64,000 bases of DNA from Paraspadella gotoi (Eukaryota > Animalia > Chaetognatha): NCBI GenBank assembly GCA_051294375.1, contig CM119263.1:29522186-29586185 (forward strand), read 5' to 3'. A model generated the notes under the pieces. That model worked only from the letters and a program-made list of their open reading frames with translations. It made no database searches and had not been told where the DNA came from. Below, one piece after another: positions 13,204 to 26,886 of this stretch. The translations under genes and the position numbers were made by a program. The first letter of the stretch is position 1. Each line of letters opens with the position of its first letter.

Positions 13204-13990
13204 ATAGCGCGACTGACCACTGAATAAGTTGCCTCTTCCGACTGACAGCGTGAGACGACGCCCTCAGCCCCCCTTCCTCCTCCCCACGAGGCCTCCTCGA
13301 CCCAGCCTCTTCATCCTCTCCTCTTTTTTCTCCGTCTCCCTACTACACCTCCCGCCTCCCCTAATTCACCCGCGCGACGCATAGCCTCCTTCCGCACTCT
13401 TCCTCCGCGGACGCGACCCCATCCTTCCTCCATTGCCCCTCACTCTCTGTACCACTCTTACCTTGCCTCCCCACCATCGACCCTTTACCACCTCGACGCT
13501 CGGGCATCCACCCAGACTAGCCAACTCCCCAACCTCCCGCTTCGTACCGTCCCACGACAACCCTCTTTCGTCAGTCAAGCCTCCTGTCTCCTTCCCACCT
13601 CCCTCGCATGTGATCCGCTCCGCCACCTCCTCTTCTTCTCCGACGCACGGACGCCCTTCTTCCTCTGAACTCCTCTCCCTCGCTGGGATTGAGTCGCCTC
13701 CGAACCGAGACCCAGCGGGCTTCCTCGATGTCGAGACCAGACCAACCCACATCCGATCTCTACCTCCACCGCTACTCCGTCCTCTCCTTTTTCCTCCCAC
13801 GTCCTCCTCGTCTCAGCGACTCTTTGTGCGCCTTATCTGACAGATGAGGATTGACCTCGTGGAGACTCGAGACCGCACGACCAAGAGTTGCAGGAAGAGA
13901 TACAGAGAAGACAATGGAGAGCGTGGAGAGGCGAGACTGGATCTTGGGGCAGAGGTATAATTTCGGGCGAGGCAAAAATTACCCCGACTT
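13204..13990 (+). other. Noisy duplicate of 11821-12380 (probable raw long-read gap fill)
   Basis: Shared anchors such as tgcctcttcc and cccacgtcctcctcgtctcagcgac, with many scattered insertions. Confidence 0.7.
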
Positions 13991-16466
13991 AATTACTTGG
14001 TTCTTGACGACATTCTGTATGTCTCTGTGCGTGGCTGTGTCCGTCGTTGGCCCGTATAGAGCGCTGTGTATCTAGGTAAAAAAAGAGATAAATAAATGGG
14101 ACCGCCATTCCGGGTGGCTGAGGAGCGAGTTTCCCCTTCGTTGGTCGCGGGTCAGTTTCCGGTTGGGCGCCATTTTTCGGGGCGGCTATCGGCGCCTTTC
14201 GGCGCACCTAGGGAGCAGCCATCGCACGAACCGCTACAGAGACCGGACGTCGGACGAGCGAGAGCCTGACGCAGAACCATCGCGCAGACCTACTCAATGC
14301 TGCAAGCGGATCGACGACGAGATCGGTCATTTTCGTGCCGGATACGCCGAAATGAGCGCAGGCAATGCGATGGCGACTGAGACGAGAGGACGACGAGCAG
14401 AGAAGACTACGGATAAAGAACGCAAGATGCAGGGAGATCCGTGGCAAAAAAAAAAAACTGTTGACGAGACGAAGAGAGTAGACTGACGGAGACGCTGGAG
14501 CGAGAGGGACTTGACGGCCGAATGCGTGGCACAGACTCAGTCCTGAGGAGGCTAAGGAATCTGATTTGATCCCTGTTGGAGACAGCGAAAGATACCTCAA
14601 TTAGAGACCTCAGAAGAGAATGAAGGATAACCGACGGCGGGCTATAAATGACATTCAGACCTCCCCCGAAACAAGTATAAATCGAAAAGGATAGTCAGCT
14701 GAGAAAACACCAGGGAAGAATAATTTCTGGTAGATGAAAGCGACGACGAATAATGTGGGTAACAACCCCGACAGTTACGACAAGGAACGGACATTGTAGA
14801 CCCCAGGACCGACACGCCACGAGTGATCACGGAATCCGTCGAAACTCATTGCCTAGTCGGTAGAAATATCCAGGTGAAGTCTCTACAAAAATGAGATTGT
14901 CAATAGGGCGATAAGAGCAACATGACATGAATGGACGGAACAGTGACCATGAAGAGATTGAAGTATTTGTACGCACCCAGGACCGGAAATTATTTCGCCC
15001 GATAATTGCAATACAATTAATATTGTTGAGGAGGGAAATGTCTTTTTAACAGGCATACACTCTGCACAAGTCTCAAGCAGCGCGTTGAAGGTAAAAGTGA
15101 ATCAAAACGTGCGCCTGAAATCACTAAAATTCGAAAAATATTGTCTTATTGAGACAAACAATAATCAATTCCTTCTTTCCGGTTTGGACTTCGTCGCTCT
15201 TTATCATCGCTCTCGTCATGCATGCATTATTTTATATTTCATGATTCTTTATCTAACTTTCTCTCTCTCTACATCTACTCTTCTTCATTTGTCATATACC
15301 TTCAGTCTCTTCTTCATTCGTCTCATCTCATCTCAATCTCTCTCTCTCCGTCTCTCTCTCTCTCTCGTCCTCTCTTCCTCTGCTGTCTCCTGGCTCTTAT
15401 CTCTCGAATCACTCTCCGGTACCACATCCTCTTCTCTCTCTCATATAACGACTGCACCAACCGAACCACACTTTCCATACACACCCCTCGCGGCAACTTC
15501 ATTATTGCAACATCTACTTGAGCTGCTCACTGATAAGTAGTTGCCGACTTTTCCGTATCGCATCAGAAGTCATCTCAGACAATAATTGAATACGTGATCC
15601 CGAACAACACAATCCCAGCAACGTAAAGAAGAAAAAAAAGAACAGACAACAAAATCACGAAAATAGGGTCATAACAAATCACGATAGAAGATAGGGAACC
15701 ACTCGAATATTACCCCAAATCGCCCACGGAAAAAAAGGAGAACAGCCAGCGAGGAAATGGGAATGTACTCTTGTGAAGTGGAGGGGAGGAATGACAGTGG
15801 AGGGATGATATGTCAAGGGCGGCGTGATGAGCCCAAGACTGATTCTCTCTCTCTCGTCGTTCCTCTTCTCTCATCTTTCTTACTCTCTTCTTTTGTTCCT
15901 TACTTCTCTCTCTCGTCTCATCTGCTTTCTTCTCTCTCTCTACTCCTCTATTCTCTCTCCTCTCATTGTCTCCTCCTCTCTATGCTATTGTTCTTTTCCA
16001 AAAATAGTCGGTAGTTTATAATGCAATTTAATTAACAACTTTATGTTTCGTATCAAGTACATCGTTTATGACTAACCGCAAACAATCTGCCCCGAAATAT
16101 TTATATCTAGTCGGCGATCGGTCAATAGTGACGCAAAACGCGTCTTTATTACGCCCTACCTCTCTTCCTCATGCTCTGACACCAATGAAACCGCTAGTTA
16201 GAAGGGCGACCGCTTTTAATTTGATCAAATAAGCTCACTCGTGAAACTCACACTACACATTACTCCTTACGATTCCCCGGAAAGAGGCACCTAAAATTCC
16301 GTGGTTCTTAAGCGGCGCCCGTCACTCCATCCCGAAAGAGATCAAGCGAGTTTGGGAAGATGAGGAGATGACGACTAAGTAGGTGAGAATGAAAGTAATC
16401 AAATGATTTGCTGAAATGACCATTAGCTGACAGGCTGATGAACGGCTGAGAGAGAGAGAGACGGAG

Positions 16467-16512
<46 letters not shown>

Positions 16513-17648
16513 GAGACGAGAATGATGATTAGTCAATTGTATCTGTGGATTCGAATAGATAGATGGGACATTTACAAACTCTGAATTTGTCGTCCGGAGA
16601 TAATGGAGTTCTCTGATATTCTCCTTGCATCGGGACTCATATCTGGGATGCCATTATTGTTATCGAAATTCAACAACAACAAGCGTTTGATCGGAACCTC
16701 TCTGTCTTTACAGATAAGGTACTCCTTCTATTATGTGCGTCACATTCTCTGGTAGATCTCAGTTACAAAATAGAAAAATGCGGAGTTTTCAAGACCGACG
16801 GAGCTACAAGACGAACATTACGGGCCAAATTGTAAGAATCAGTAAATTTGTTGCTCACGAGAAGTTTCGTAAAAATGAAGAAAGCTAAGTGTATGCAACA
16901 TTGGACAATGCGACCGCATATGAGTGAACCAAGTAGTACCGACGGAATGTGAACGGCACACCAAGAAAATGACGACAACAAAATGGGACCCGAATATCGG
17001 TTCAGATATTTTATTTTTTTTCGACGTCGATGGAATAGACGCCGCTTGCCGAAGACGATAACGACACGCGCGGGTTTACGGCATAACGGCGTCGAAAGGC
17101 GTCGAAATCACGCAATTAGACTAATGCGTCACGAGTTCTCCTCCCGCGTTCATAAACCGAGATCGGGTCCTCGCTTTTTGGCGCCCGTCACAGTTTTTCC
17201 TCTCTCTCTCTCTCTGCTCTTCTCTCCTCTCTTCTTCGATTCGTGACTCTCTCTCCTCTTCTTCTTCTTCTCTCTCTCTCTCATCTCTCTTCCTCTCGTC
17301 ACTCCTCGATTAATTCATCTCTCTCTCTCTCTCTCCTCTCTGCTCTCCGTGACGGAATGAAGGCCCGGAACCACTTCCGCGGCAAGAACTATGACCATAG
17401 CCATAACCAGGTAAAGCCATGGAATCTGCACTGCGCTACCTTGCCGGCTCGAGAGAGAGGAGGATAGATGAAAAGAAAAAGAAGGAGAGAGAGAAGAGAA
17501 GGACATGAGACGAGAGAGAGCTGAGGATCGCGCGCGNNNNNNNNNNNNNNNNNNNNNNNNNGAGAGAGAGAGACGGTGAGAATGAGTAGAGAGATGAGAG
17601 CGATGGTGGAAGAGACGATTGATTGAGAGAGATAAGAGAGAGAGAAGA

Positions 17649-18320
17649 TGAGAGAGAGAGACAAAAGAGGAGCATTCGCTGAACCGAGGTTTCATGGAAT
17701 TTCATTCGGGTTTCGATGTCATTTCTTTTGCTCTTCAATCTTGAAATTGTCTGTAGTCAAGATTTTCTTTTTCTTTTTCCTTTTTCTTTTCTTTTCTTTT
17801 CTTTTCTTTTCTTTTCCTTTTCTTTTCTTTTCTTTTCTTTTTTTTCTTTTCTTTTCTTTTCTTTACTTTTCTTATTTTTTCTTTCTTTTTTTTTCTATTA
17901 TCATTCATTTCTTCTCTTTGTTCAACTCTTCTTTCCATTTTAAACCTTATCCTTTTCTTTCTTTTTATCTCTCTCTAGAGAGAGAGAGACAAAAGGGAGA
18001 TTCGCTGAACCGAGTTTCATGGAATTTTCATTCGGGTTTCGATGTCATTTCTTTTGCTCTTCAATCTTGAAATTGTCTGTAGTCAAGATTTTCTTTTTCT
18101 TTTTCCTTTTCTTTTCTTTTCTTTTCTTTTCTTTTCTTTTCTTTTCTTTTCTTTTCTTTTCTTTTCTTTTCTTTTCTTTTCTTTTCTTTTCTTTTCTTTA
18201 CTTTTCTTTATTTTTCTTTTCTTTCTTTTTTTTTCTATTATCATTTATTTCTTTCTTTCTTTGTTTCAACTTTCTTTCCATTTTAAACCTTATCCTTTTC
18301 TTTCTTTTTTATTTTTCTCT
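17649..18320 (+). repeat. Tandem duplication of a ~330-bp unit containing (CTTTT)n
   Basis: 17649-17975 and 17978-18320 share ttcattcgggtttcgatgtcatttcttttgctcttcaatcttgaaattgtctgtagtcaag. Confidence 0.9.
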
Positions 18321-18373
18321 TTAGTGTAATTTTTTTTTCTCTTCTTTCTTTAACTTCCTTACTTTTTTCTGTT

Positions 18374-18441
<68 letters not shown>

Positions 18442-18699
18442 TTTTTCTTTCTATTTTTAGTTTCCTTTTTTAGACGTCAGCCTCTTTTCTCATTCACGCC
18501 AAAGACGACGACGACGACGACGACGAGGGCAACAACGATAACGACGAAGATAGCGACGACTATAACAACAACGACTACGACTCCAATGACGACAATGACG
18601 ACGACAACGACGACAACATAGACGGAGACAATTTTGGCCCAAAACAAGAAAACAAGTTGATTAGATGAAATCGGACAATCGAACCCATTGAGAGAGAGA

Positions 18700-18758
<59 letters not shown>

Positions 18759-19289
18759 ACGGCGAGAATTAAAAAATAAAATTATGAAAAACGAGTTTTT
18801 TAATCACGAAAAAGAAGTGAATGAAAAGAGAAGAAAAAAGAAGATGGCCGACTCGACAATTTAAGAGAGAGGAAGAGAGAGAGAGAGAGAAAGAGAGAAA
18901 GAGAGAGAGGGAGAGAGAGAGAAAGAGAGCGATGTCCGACTGGAAAATTAAATTTTCTTCTCAATAGAAATCAAATTTTAAATTGAAAAAAACACCACAG
19001 AGAGAGGGATAGCTTCTTTTTTTATTCTTCTTTTCATTTATCTTTATCATTTTCTTTCTTATCTTTTCTTGTCATATTTTCTTTTCTTCTTACTTCTTAT
19101 AACTTTTTTATTTATAATTATCTTACCATTTTTTCTTTCTTTGCTTCATATATATTTTAAGCTGTTTCCTTTCGCCTTGTTTATTTTTAATAGCTCAGCA
19201 TTTTTCTACTTCTTTCATTTCACTTCACTTACTTTATATATCTTCTTTCTTTCTTTCATATCTTTCTTTCTTATCTTTTTTTATATATC

Positions 19290-19890
19290 TTTTAGTTTCC
19301 ATTTTTAGACGTCAGCATCTCATTCACGCAAAACACGCGAGGGGCAACAACGAGGCGGAGCAATGACTATAGAGACAGGACACTACGGCGATGACGACAA
19401 TGACCGGACGACCGGACAATTTGGCAGAAATATCGCGACAATACGAACCCATTGAGACAGAGAGGAAAGAGAGAGAGAGAGTGAGTAGAGAGGCAAAGAA
19501 CGAGAGCAGAGAGAGAGAGAGAGAGTAGAGACGAGAGACGAGCAGAGAGAAGGAGAGAGAGTAGAGGACGAGAGAAGAGCAGAGATAGAGAGAGAGAGAA
19601 GTTGAGCCAGCGGCACGGCGAGAATTCAAACAAGATAAAATTAAATGAAAAACGAGGTTTTTTAATCACAAGAAAAAGAAGTGAACTGAAAAGATGAAGA
19701 AAAAAGAAGTATGGCCGACTCGCACACATTTAAGAAGAGGAAGAGAGAGAGATTGACGAGAGAGAAAAGAGCAGAGAGCGAGAGAAGAGAGAAGATGAAG
19801 AGAGGGAGAGAGACGAGAAAGGAGGAGCGATGTCCGCACTTTCGGAAGTTAAATTCTTAGGTTCCCTTCCTCACTAGTAGAAGAATCAAA
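19290..19890 (+). other. Noisy duplicate of about 18455-18990
   Basis: Shared anchors tttttagacgtcagc, cgaacccattgag, cacggcgagaatt, atggccgactcg and gagcgatgtccg, with indel noise. Confidence 0.8.
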
Positions 19891-22244
19891 ATTCTGTTAA
19901 ATAATGACCAAAGGAAATTTGCAGCTGTAAAATTTTTCTATATGTTTAATAAGTCAACTGTATTACTATTTCGACACGTATCTTCTTCAAGACCCTGTCA
20001 TCAAAGACTTTATATAACGGGGTAAGAGAGAAAGAAACGACTGGAGGTGACGAGAGCATGAGGATAAAGGGGAGAAAAGAAGACGAAGAAGAGAGAGAGA
20101 GAGAAGAGAGAGAAGAGAGAGAGAGAGAGAGATGAGAAGAGAGAGAAGAGAGGAGAACATAAAAACGAAAGAAGTCTATTTTTATAAGAGGCCATTTGGA
20201 CATGTTTAATGGGCAGACGAAACGACAATGAGGAAAGACGGACGACGCCGTGTATACGAACACACGACGACTGACGAACACGACGACTACGATGTTCATC
20301 GTCAAAACTCAAACCACGACGAACGAATTCCGATACCGATGACAATTGGTAACAAACCAACTTCGAAGATCGCATTATTTTTCGTTCTCGACCATTCTCC
20401 AGATTTTGTTTCTTCTAATCAAGATTTTTGTTCAACATTTTCCTTCAACTTTTTAATTCCTTTATTTTTTTCTGAACATTTAATATCTCCGTATCTATTA
20501 TTCCTTTCCTTTCTCCTGCTTACCCAGATCGNNNNNNNNNNNNNNNNNNNNNNNNNCCCCCTCCTTTTTTCTCTTTCCCCCGATTCGTCTTCATTTTCTC
20601 TTTTTTCACAAAATATTTCCTCTTCTCTCTTTCTCTTTTTCTGTGATTCTTTTGTCGCCAAAAAAAAGAAAAAAAAAGAAAAGGAAATAAATTAGTCGCT
20701 GTTGACGAAATTTTCCCCAACCCTTTTCCCCCCATAATTGATTAATATATAATTTGGTTTTTCTTACAGATTCCTTCTCAGTTTCATATCTTAATTTTTT
20801 TACACTTTTCTTTTAACTTTTCTCACATCTGTTGTCCCTTAATCATTGTCTTGCACTGACTGAGAAGAGAGGAAATCTCTCAGTGAAACCATTACGTCCG
20901 TTGCCATGCCTTTCCACATCCCATTTCCGTCTCCTTCTAGACCCCATCATGCAATCTCTTAATCTCTCTCCCTTTTCTCTCTTTATCCACTTTTCCACTC
21001 TTCCCGACCCCATTCTCACCCNNNNNNNNNNNNNNNNNNNNNNNNNNNNNNNNNNNNNNNNNNNNNNNNNNNNNNNNNNNNNNNNNNNNNNNNNNNNNNN
21101 NNNNNNNNNNNNNNNNNNNNNNNNNNNNNNNNNNNNNNNNNNNNNNNNNNNNNNNNNNNNNNNNNNNNNNNNNNNNNNNNNNNNNNNNNNNNNNNNNNNN
21201 NNNNNNNNNNNNNNNNNNNNNNNNNNNNNNNNNNNNNNNNNNNNNNNNNNNNNNNNNNNNNNNNNNNNNNNNNNNNNNNNNNNNNNNTTGATGTCCATTA
21301 TGCAGAAAGGGAAGTTGTCTTGTAGCGAGGAATGATGTCCGACATTAGCTCCTTGGCCGGGCGGTGAACAAGGGGGGGAAATGTGATGGGAAAAGGGTAA
21401 GGGAAATAATGAAAGGCCCTGGCGGCAAAAAGGAGAAGTTCGTTCTGTGGTTCCTCGCGTTAATTGAGAAATCATTTCGTATGAATGTAACGAATGTTAC
21501 GAATTTAAGTTATGAATGTTCTTCGATGCAAAAAAAAATTAATTGGTAAATTTTTTTGACATTTCCAAGAAATAATTTTTAATAAAATTTATATATATAT
21601 AAAACTTCAGCCAGTCAACCTAACCTAAATAATCTACAAAAACTCACTTGTTCTCTCTATAAAATTAAGTAAACTGACAGGAAAAAATATAGTATTGTAA
21701 TCCTATTTCTAAATTTTATGTAGAAAATAGTAATTTGATGTAGAAAATAGTAAAATGATTTTTAAAGCCTCAAAATAAAAATGAGAGTAAAGTTCGTACA
21801 AAAGAGGCGGTGATATTTCTCCCTTTGAATCCGCGATTCGTCAGGCGGAGAGATATGAGTTTCGAGGTCAGAGCCGATTCACTCCTCGTCTTCGTCCGCG
21901 AAAAAGTAGGGCCACATTGTTTAAATTATTATTCGGTGATTTTTCTGAATCCATTGAGAATCACGTTATTCTTTTTCATAAAATCTTTTCAAGTTTTGTC
22001 ATTAAATTACCAACTGTAATTGTGTTTTACCACGAGCAATTTATATTTGGCCTACCTGCTTTTTGATCAAACATGATGTTTTCTATTTCTTAAACAATAA
22101 TTTCATAACAACGACCGTCCGACCCTCATTCGACCCTGGATCGGGTCATCCTTTGGAAAATGGATTCACTCAGGTCAAAAATGGCAAAAACCTTTTTTCT
22201 TCCATCCAAGGATTTTCCATTTTCGCCTCGACGGATTCACATAG

Positions 22245-22285
<41 letters not shown>

Positions 22286-22639
22286 TTTTCACTCCTGCTC
22301 CACCCCCGCCAATGACATCTTTTTGACCAGAGAGGTCGCTCTACCGATTTGTGGTTCACTCCAGCAAAGGGAGATATGAGCTTTACAGTTTTTGAGGGCC
22401 TGGAGGACAGGAGTAGGAAAATAAAAAGGTAGAGCTAAATCGGAAGAGCTAAATTTCCTTTTTAGTAAATAAACAATGTAACAAAATAATGTTATCAATT
22501 GATTTTAGAAGATTAAAAATTGCTCTTGTGTTTGTAGAGAAGCTATAAGAAGCAATATTTGCTCCAGCTGGGCTCCGTTGTTGTCTAGATGGGAATCGCT
22601 CCTGCGAGGTCGAGAGAGACGAGGGATGTGGAGAAACTA

Positions 22640-23030
22640 AGCGCTCCTCCAAAGTTAAAGCGGGGAGGTGCTTATCCGAAACCGAAAGAGGCACTCCGAA
22701 AGAGGCGCTCCACTAAGGTCGACAAACGTGCTCCCCTGAAGCCGAGAAAGGCGCTCCTTCGAGGCCAGAAGAGGCGTTCTACAGAGGCCCTCCATGGGGC
22801 AAAGAGGCGATCCACTGGGATGTATAGGCGCTCCACTGGGGCAAAGAGACGCTCCTTTGGGGCGCTCCACTGAGGCGAAGAGGCGCTCCTTTGAGGCGAA
22901 GAGGCACTCCACTGAGGCGAAGTGGCGCTCCTTTGAGGCGAAGAGGCGCTCCACTGGGGCGAAGAGGCGCTCCTTTGAGGCGAAGAGGCGCTCCACTGGG
23001 GCGAAGAGGCGCTCCACTGGGGCGAAGAGG
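22640..23030. repeat. 21-bp minisatellite (gaggcgaagaggcgctccact / ggggcgaagaggcgctccttt)
   Basis: About 8 near-perfect copies at 22860-23029 and degenerate copies to the left; explains the ERLFAPV/SASSPQW ORFs. Confidence 0.92.
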
Positions 23031-23163
23031 TCGCGAGGCTCAAAGTTGAGGTCGAATTCCCGATTCTTGTTTTTTTCCCTTAACGACGATTTGATGAGAA
23101 ATTCTGTCTTCGCGAAGAATTGGGGGGGGAGAGAGAGAGACGGAGAGAGAGAGAGGAGAGAAG

Positions 23164-23203
<40 letters not shown>

Positions 23204-25495
23204 AACACGGAGGGACAGTTTAGAAAATATTTTATTATTTTCTATGCCAGCGCGAGATCGAACGTTTAAAGTTTGAAATTTCGCCCGAAACGAATTGCTT
23301 AACTTGAGTTCATGAGAGAAAAGTCACTTTGTATATTTAATCATTTATTTAAGAAAAATTCCCCAGAAACTCGTAAAGACAGAGTTTCCTCCGGGCGAAA
23401 CACATATCATATCAAAAATCTCTCTCGGAATACGAGTGGCCTATGAAAAATATGAGGGACCGAAAAACAGACCTTAGCATTGGCCAAACGACCTTAAAAA
23501 GAGAGGCGAGGCGTGACATCTTTTTCAGACAGAGAGAGAATTAAAGTCAGCGAGATTGCTCAAGGTTCCGCTTACAAACGTCGCATTTAGCAAAAAAACA
23601 ACTCTTTCCTATATTGTTCAGTCGTTACTTACAATATTAATTTAATTTGTACCACAATACAAATTGGGCCGAACTAGGGATTGGTTAAAATCATCTCCAT
23701 CTGTTTCTAATAATAAAAAAGTATGTACATTTTTTGCAATATTTAAGAAAAAAAATCATGTCCATTTTTGTCCATTTTCACTTTCGTCCTCTGATTTGAA
23801 TGCAAAGGAAAGTTGAGAAAAAATTTTTACTTTGGAAATCCGTTCTTCCTTATCTTATTCACCTCTGGGTAAATTTATTTGCTTAAATCATTTGTAGTTT
23901 GCCTATGAATTAATTTTAAAGTTGACAAGTCAAAAAGTTTAATTTTCAGTTTTTATCATAATTTGTTAAACAAAAATTGTTCAAATTGATTTAAATTAAC
24001 AGAAAATACAGCCTATTGAATAAGCTTTTAAAACCTATAAAATAATAAAAAAAACCTGCTTCGTTTAGCCACAAATAATTTTTAAAGACGGCAATTAATT
24101 TGTGACTTTTTGTTACTTGCATTAATTTTTAATAGAGATATTTTCAACTCATTTATTAGTTTTAAAAGATAATATACATACTGACGTTGATTAATAAAAA
24201 AAAACCGCATCCTTTTAATCCAATGGAAAGGGTCAGGACCTGTTTTTTCTCAGAATCGACAGATTTTGCAGAAAATAAATTCCGCAAAATCTGTCAATTT
24301 ACTAAATCTGCTAGGCAACCAAACTTTGAATAAAATCTTGCGCTACCCAAATTTTTTTTACTACGTTACATTTTAAACATTTTCATATATTTAACATAAT
24401 GTAAACACAGATATAATAAGTGACGGGAGAAAAAGAGAAGAGGAGAGAGAGACAATGTGTGTGAAAAGGAAGCTGATAGAGGGGGAGGGAGGCGGATTGG
24501 AAAGTATAAAAAAAATGGAGTAAGAGGAGATGAGAACAAGAGAAGGAGAGAAAAGAAGAGATAGTAGGAAAGGAGAGACATAATCGGAAGAAAGAAGAAG
24601 AAAGCTGAGATAAAGAAGAAATAGTAAAGAAAAGAGACAAAAAGAGAGAAGGAGAGGAAAGGGAAGAAGAGGAGGATTAAGGAAGAAAGAGTGACAGAAA
24701 GAAGAAGAAAGAAGGGAAAAAAAAAAGAGAGTGTAAGAAACAAAAAATATTATGTGTCATCTTTTTCCTGTAGAGTCCTGTGAATCTAAATGACGTTAAA
24801 ATTCTTATGAGTCTACGCAGTCGTTAAAAGTATGTTGTTCTTACCATGAAAAATCGCCTGTACTTTTTCTTAAATTAAGCAGATAAACGAGGATATTGAT
24901 TGTTTGTCGCGAGAGAAATCATGTTCTTACGATATTTTAAGCATGAAATTCATCCTAGTGTGCTCTACCTTACAAGTAAAAGATAACTATAGCCAACCGT
25001 TTTTTTAACTGAAGAATGTCCTATATTTATCAGCGAGATGAAAATAAATGCAAATTATTCCAATTTCAAAATCATTGTCTAAAATACCCGAAGGGGAAGT
25101 AGAGCCTCAAGTCAAGATTCCGACAAAATCCTGTCAGAGCTGCGAGCAGCTTAAATAATTGTTGAGTCATCGAACAGTTTTTTAGGAAAAAAAAATTGGA
25201 ACCTTTACTTTTTATCTGAATATTTTAAGGGGCGTTTTAGACAGAATCCTTGTACAGCTTAACTTGAAAAAAAACTGTTTTTGAAAGAAAAACAGGCATT
25301 TACGAATAATACTAAATTTTAAGGACTGCAATTCATTTTGTGAAATCCTTTCTTTTCGTTGTGTTTTGTATTGAGATAAAAAGTTTTAAATGTATTAAAC
25401 AACGATTTATTTTTTAAATAATGGACATGTTTTACTGGACTTCAATGACAATTTTACCTATTCTTTTCTGTAATTTTTATATTTCCCCGTCGCAG

Positions 25496-26066
25496 GAGAC
25501 TCTTAGTAATTTACTAATAAGAGTCATTGTCTTTGACCGAATTTAACCCAAAGATGCCGCGAGAACAGTTCTACACTGATGGCGAAAAAGACATTTTCGT
25601 TGGATGATTGCGGTGAAGCAATTTGACCGTCATGGTTATAGAATTGATCAAATTCACTCTGGCCGGCTGAACAAAAAAAACCCTACGACGAATCAATGTG
25701 GATGGAATGGTCTTGCTACAATTAATGAAACGATTTTAAAGTTTAAGAATACGAGGGTTGAAAAAAATTTTTTACAAAGGGAGACTAATTCCGAATCTTG
25801 AGAAAGCCGATTATTTTATTTTTGAAATAATGTTTCAATATTCATATTGAGCAAAGAAAAACAAGACCTTATCGACAAAATTCAGCTGAAGAGTTACGAT
25901 GAAAACCTTTCTACCACAATCGAAATCAGTGATCAGGAACTCGAAGAAAATTTGTCAGAAATCCACGAAATCGTCCACAAGTTATTTGACGATCCGAAAC
26001 AAAAAGAAAAATGGTGGAGTTATTTTCAAAGACTCAAAGAGGAGCCTTTGGACGAGACGAAAGGAG
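25496..26066 (+). CDS. Exon encoding degenerate DZIP3-like HEPN repeat 1 of the kinase-KEN gene (contains indels)
   Basis: Acceptor ccccgtcgcag| at 25495 and donor |gtaaga at 26067. Translation across frameshifts gives EQFYTDGEK..FRWMIAVKQ...KKIFYKGRLIPNLEKADYFIF...TIEISDQELEENLSEIHEIVHKL...YFQRLKEEPLD, which aligns by eye with the next large exon. Confidence 0.6.
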
Positions 26067-26296
26067 GTAAGAAATTCTCTAATACTTTAATTAATTTATA
26101 TATACTAAAGTGACCCAGAATACCGTTCTGATGGTATGGATCGATGGACGGTATGGATCCATTGGATTCACTTGATAGTGGATAGCCCTTGTTGTTAGTA
26201 AGTTCGGATCCGGCGAGCGGCCCGTCTCTCTTTGGCAATGGATAGATATTAGATAATACAATATTGTGATAGTACAATATTATGTTACCCTCACAG

Positions 26297-26886
26297 GGTA
26301 ATTGCGCATCGAAATAATAACCACCGTAGGCTAAAGTTTAATATCATGTCTTTACCATACAAATTTGGTTTCCTTGAAGGATTTTTTACTATGAACCAAT
26401 ACCGTTGGTTTCGTATTAATATTGCGATTCAAGATGGTGGAAGAAATATGCTTAAGCAACTGGTACAAATAGAACTGCATAAAAAATATAAATTGAGCTT
26501 TGATAACAAACTATGGGAGAGATGGTGTATTGACAACGATGATGAATTAAAAGAATCTCGGTTTTATTCGTCGCAAATAAAGGTCATTATAAATGGAAAA
26601 GCTATACCAGATTTCGAATTTATAAACGTCTTTTTTCTTTACGATGTTATTATCTTAATAAACCCAAATCGAAATCTGGTTGTGCGGCGCTCGGCAGAGT
26701 TAAAACAGAAAACGGTTAATCTTGAGTTTGATATCGACGAATCCAAATTCAATTCACTTTTCGACGATTTATTTAAAATCTGCAAGTCTCTATTACACGA
26801 TATTGATAAAAAAGTGTATTTGGATTGTAAGAGATACTTGGAGTACATTAAGATTCAACAGATTGACGGAGATCAACTACCCCCAA
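26297..26886 (+). CDS. Exon encoding degenerate DZIP3-like HEPN repeat 2
   Basis: Acceptor ccctcacag| at 26296 and donor |gtaagt at 26887, with an uninterrupted frame. FFTMNQYRWFRINIAIQDGGRNMLKQL...IPDFEFINVFFLY...IDESKFNSLFDDL...YIKIQQID follows the DZIP3/hRUL138-like HEPN pattern but lacks RNxxxH. Confidence 0.7.

Noticed and set aside
12731-13207. 158-aa Met/Asp-rich ORF
   Set aside because: Derived from degenerate (ATG)n/(ACG)n repeats; no recognisable protein.
14000-17250. GC-rich ORFs such as 14163-14486 and a ~50-codon minus frame near 16570-16727
   Set aside because: Region appears to be uncorrected long-read sequence; no motifs recognised.
22655-23276. Repetitive ORFs, or a possible CRISPR-like array
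   Set aside because: Head-to-tail 21-bp units with no unique spacers and no cas genes; open frames follow from the unit length.
24258-24295. 12-bp perfect inverted repeat (gacagattttgc/gcaaaatctgtc)
   Set aside because: Isolated hairpin with no TSD or element boundary identified; bacterial terminator logic does not apply.
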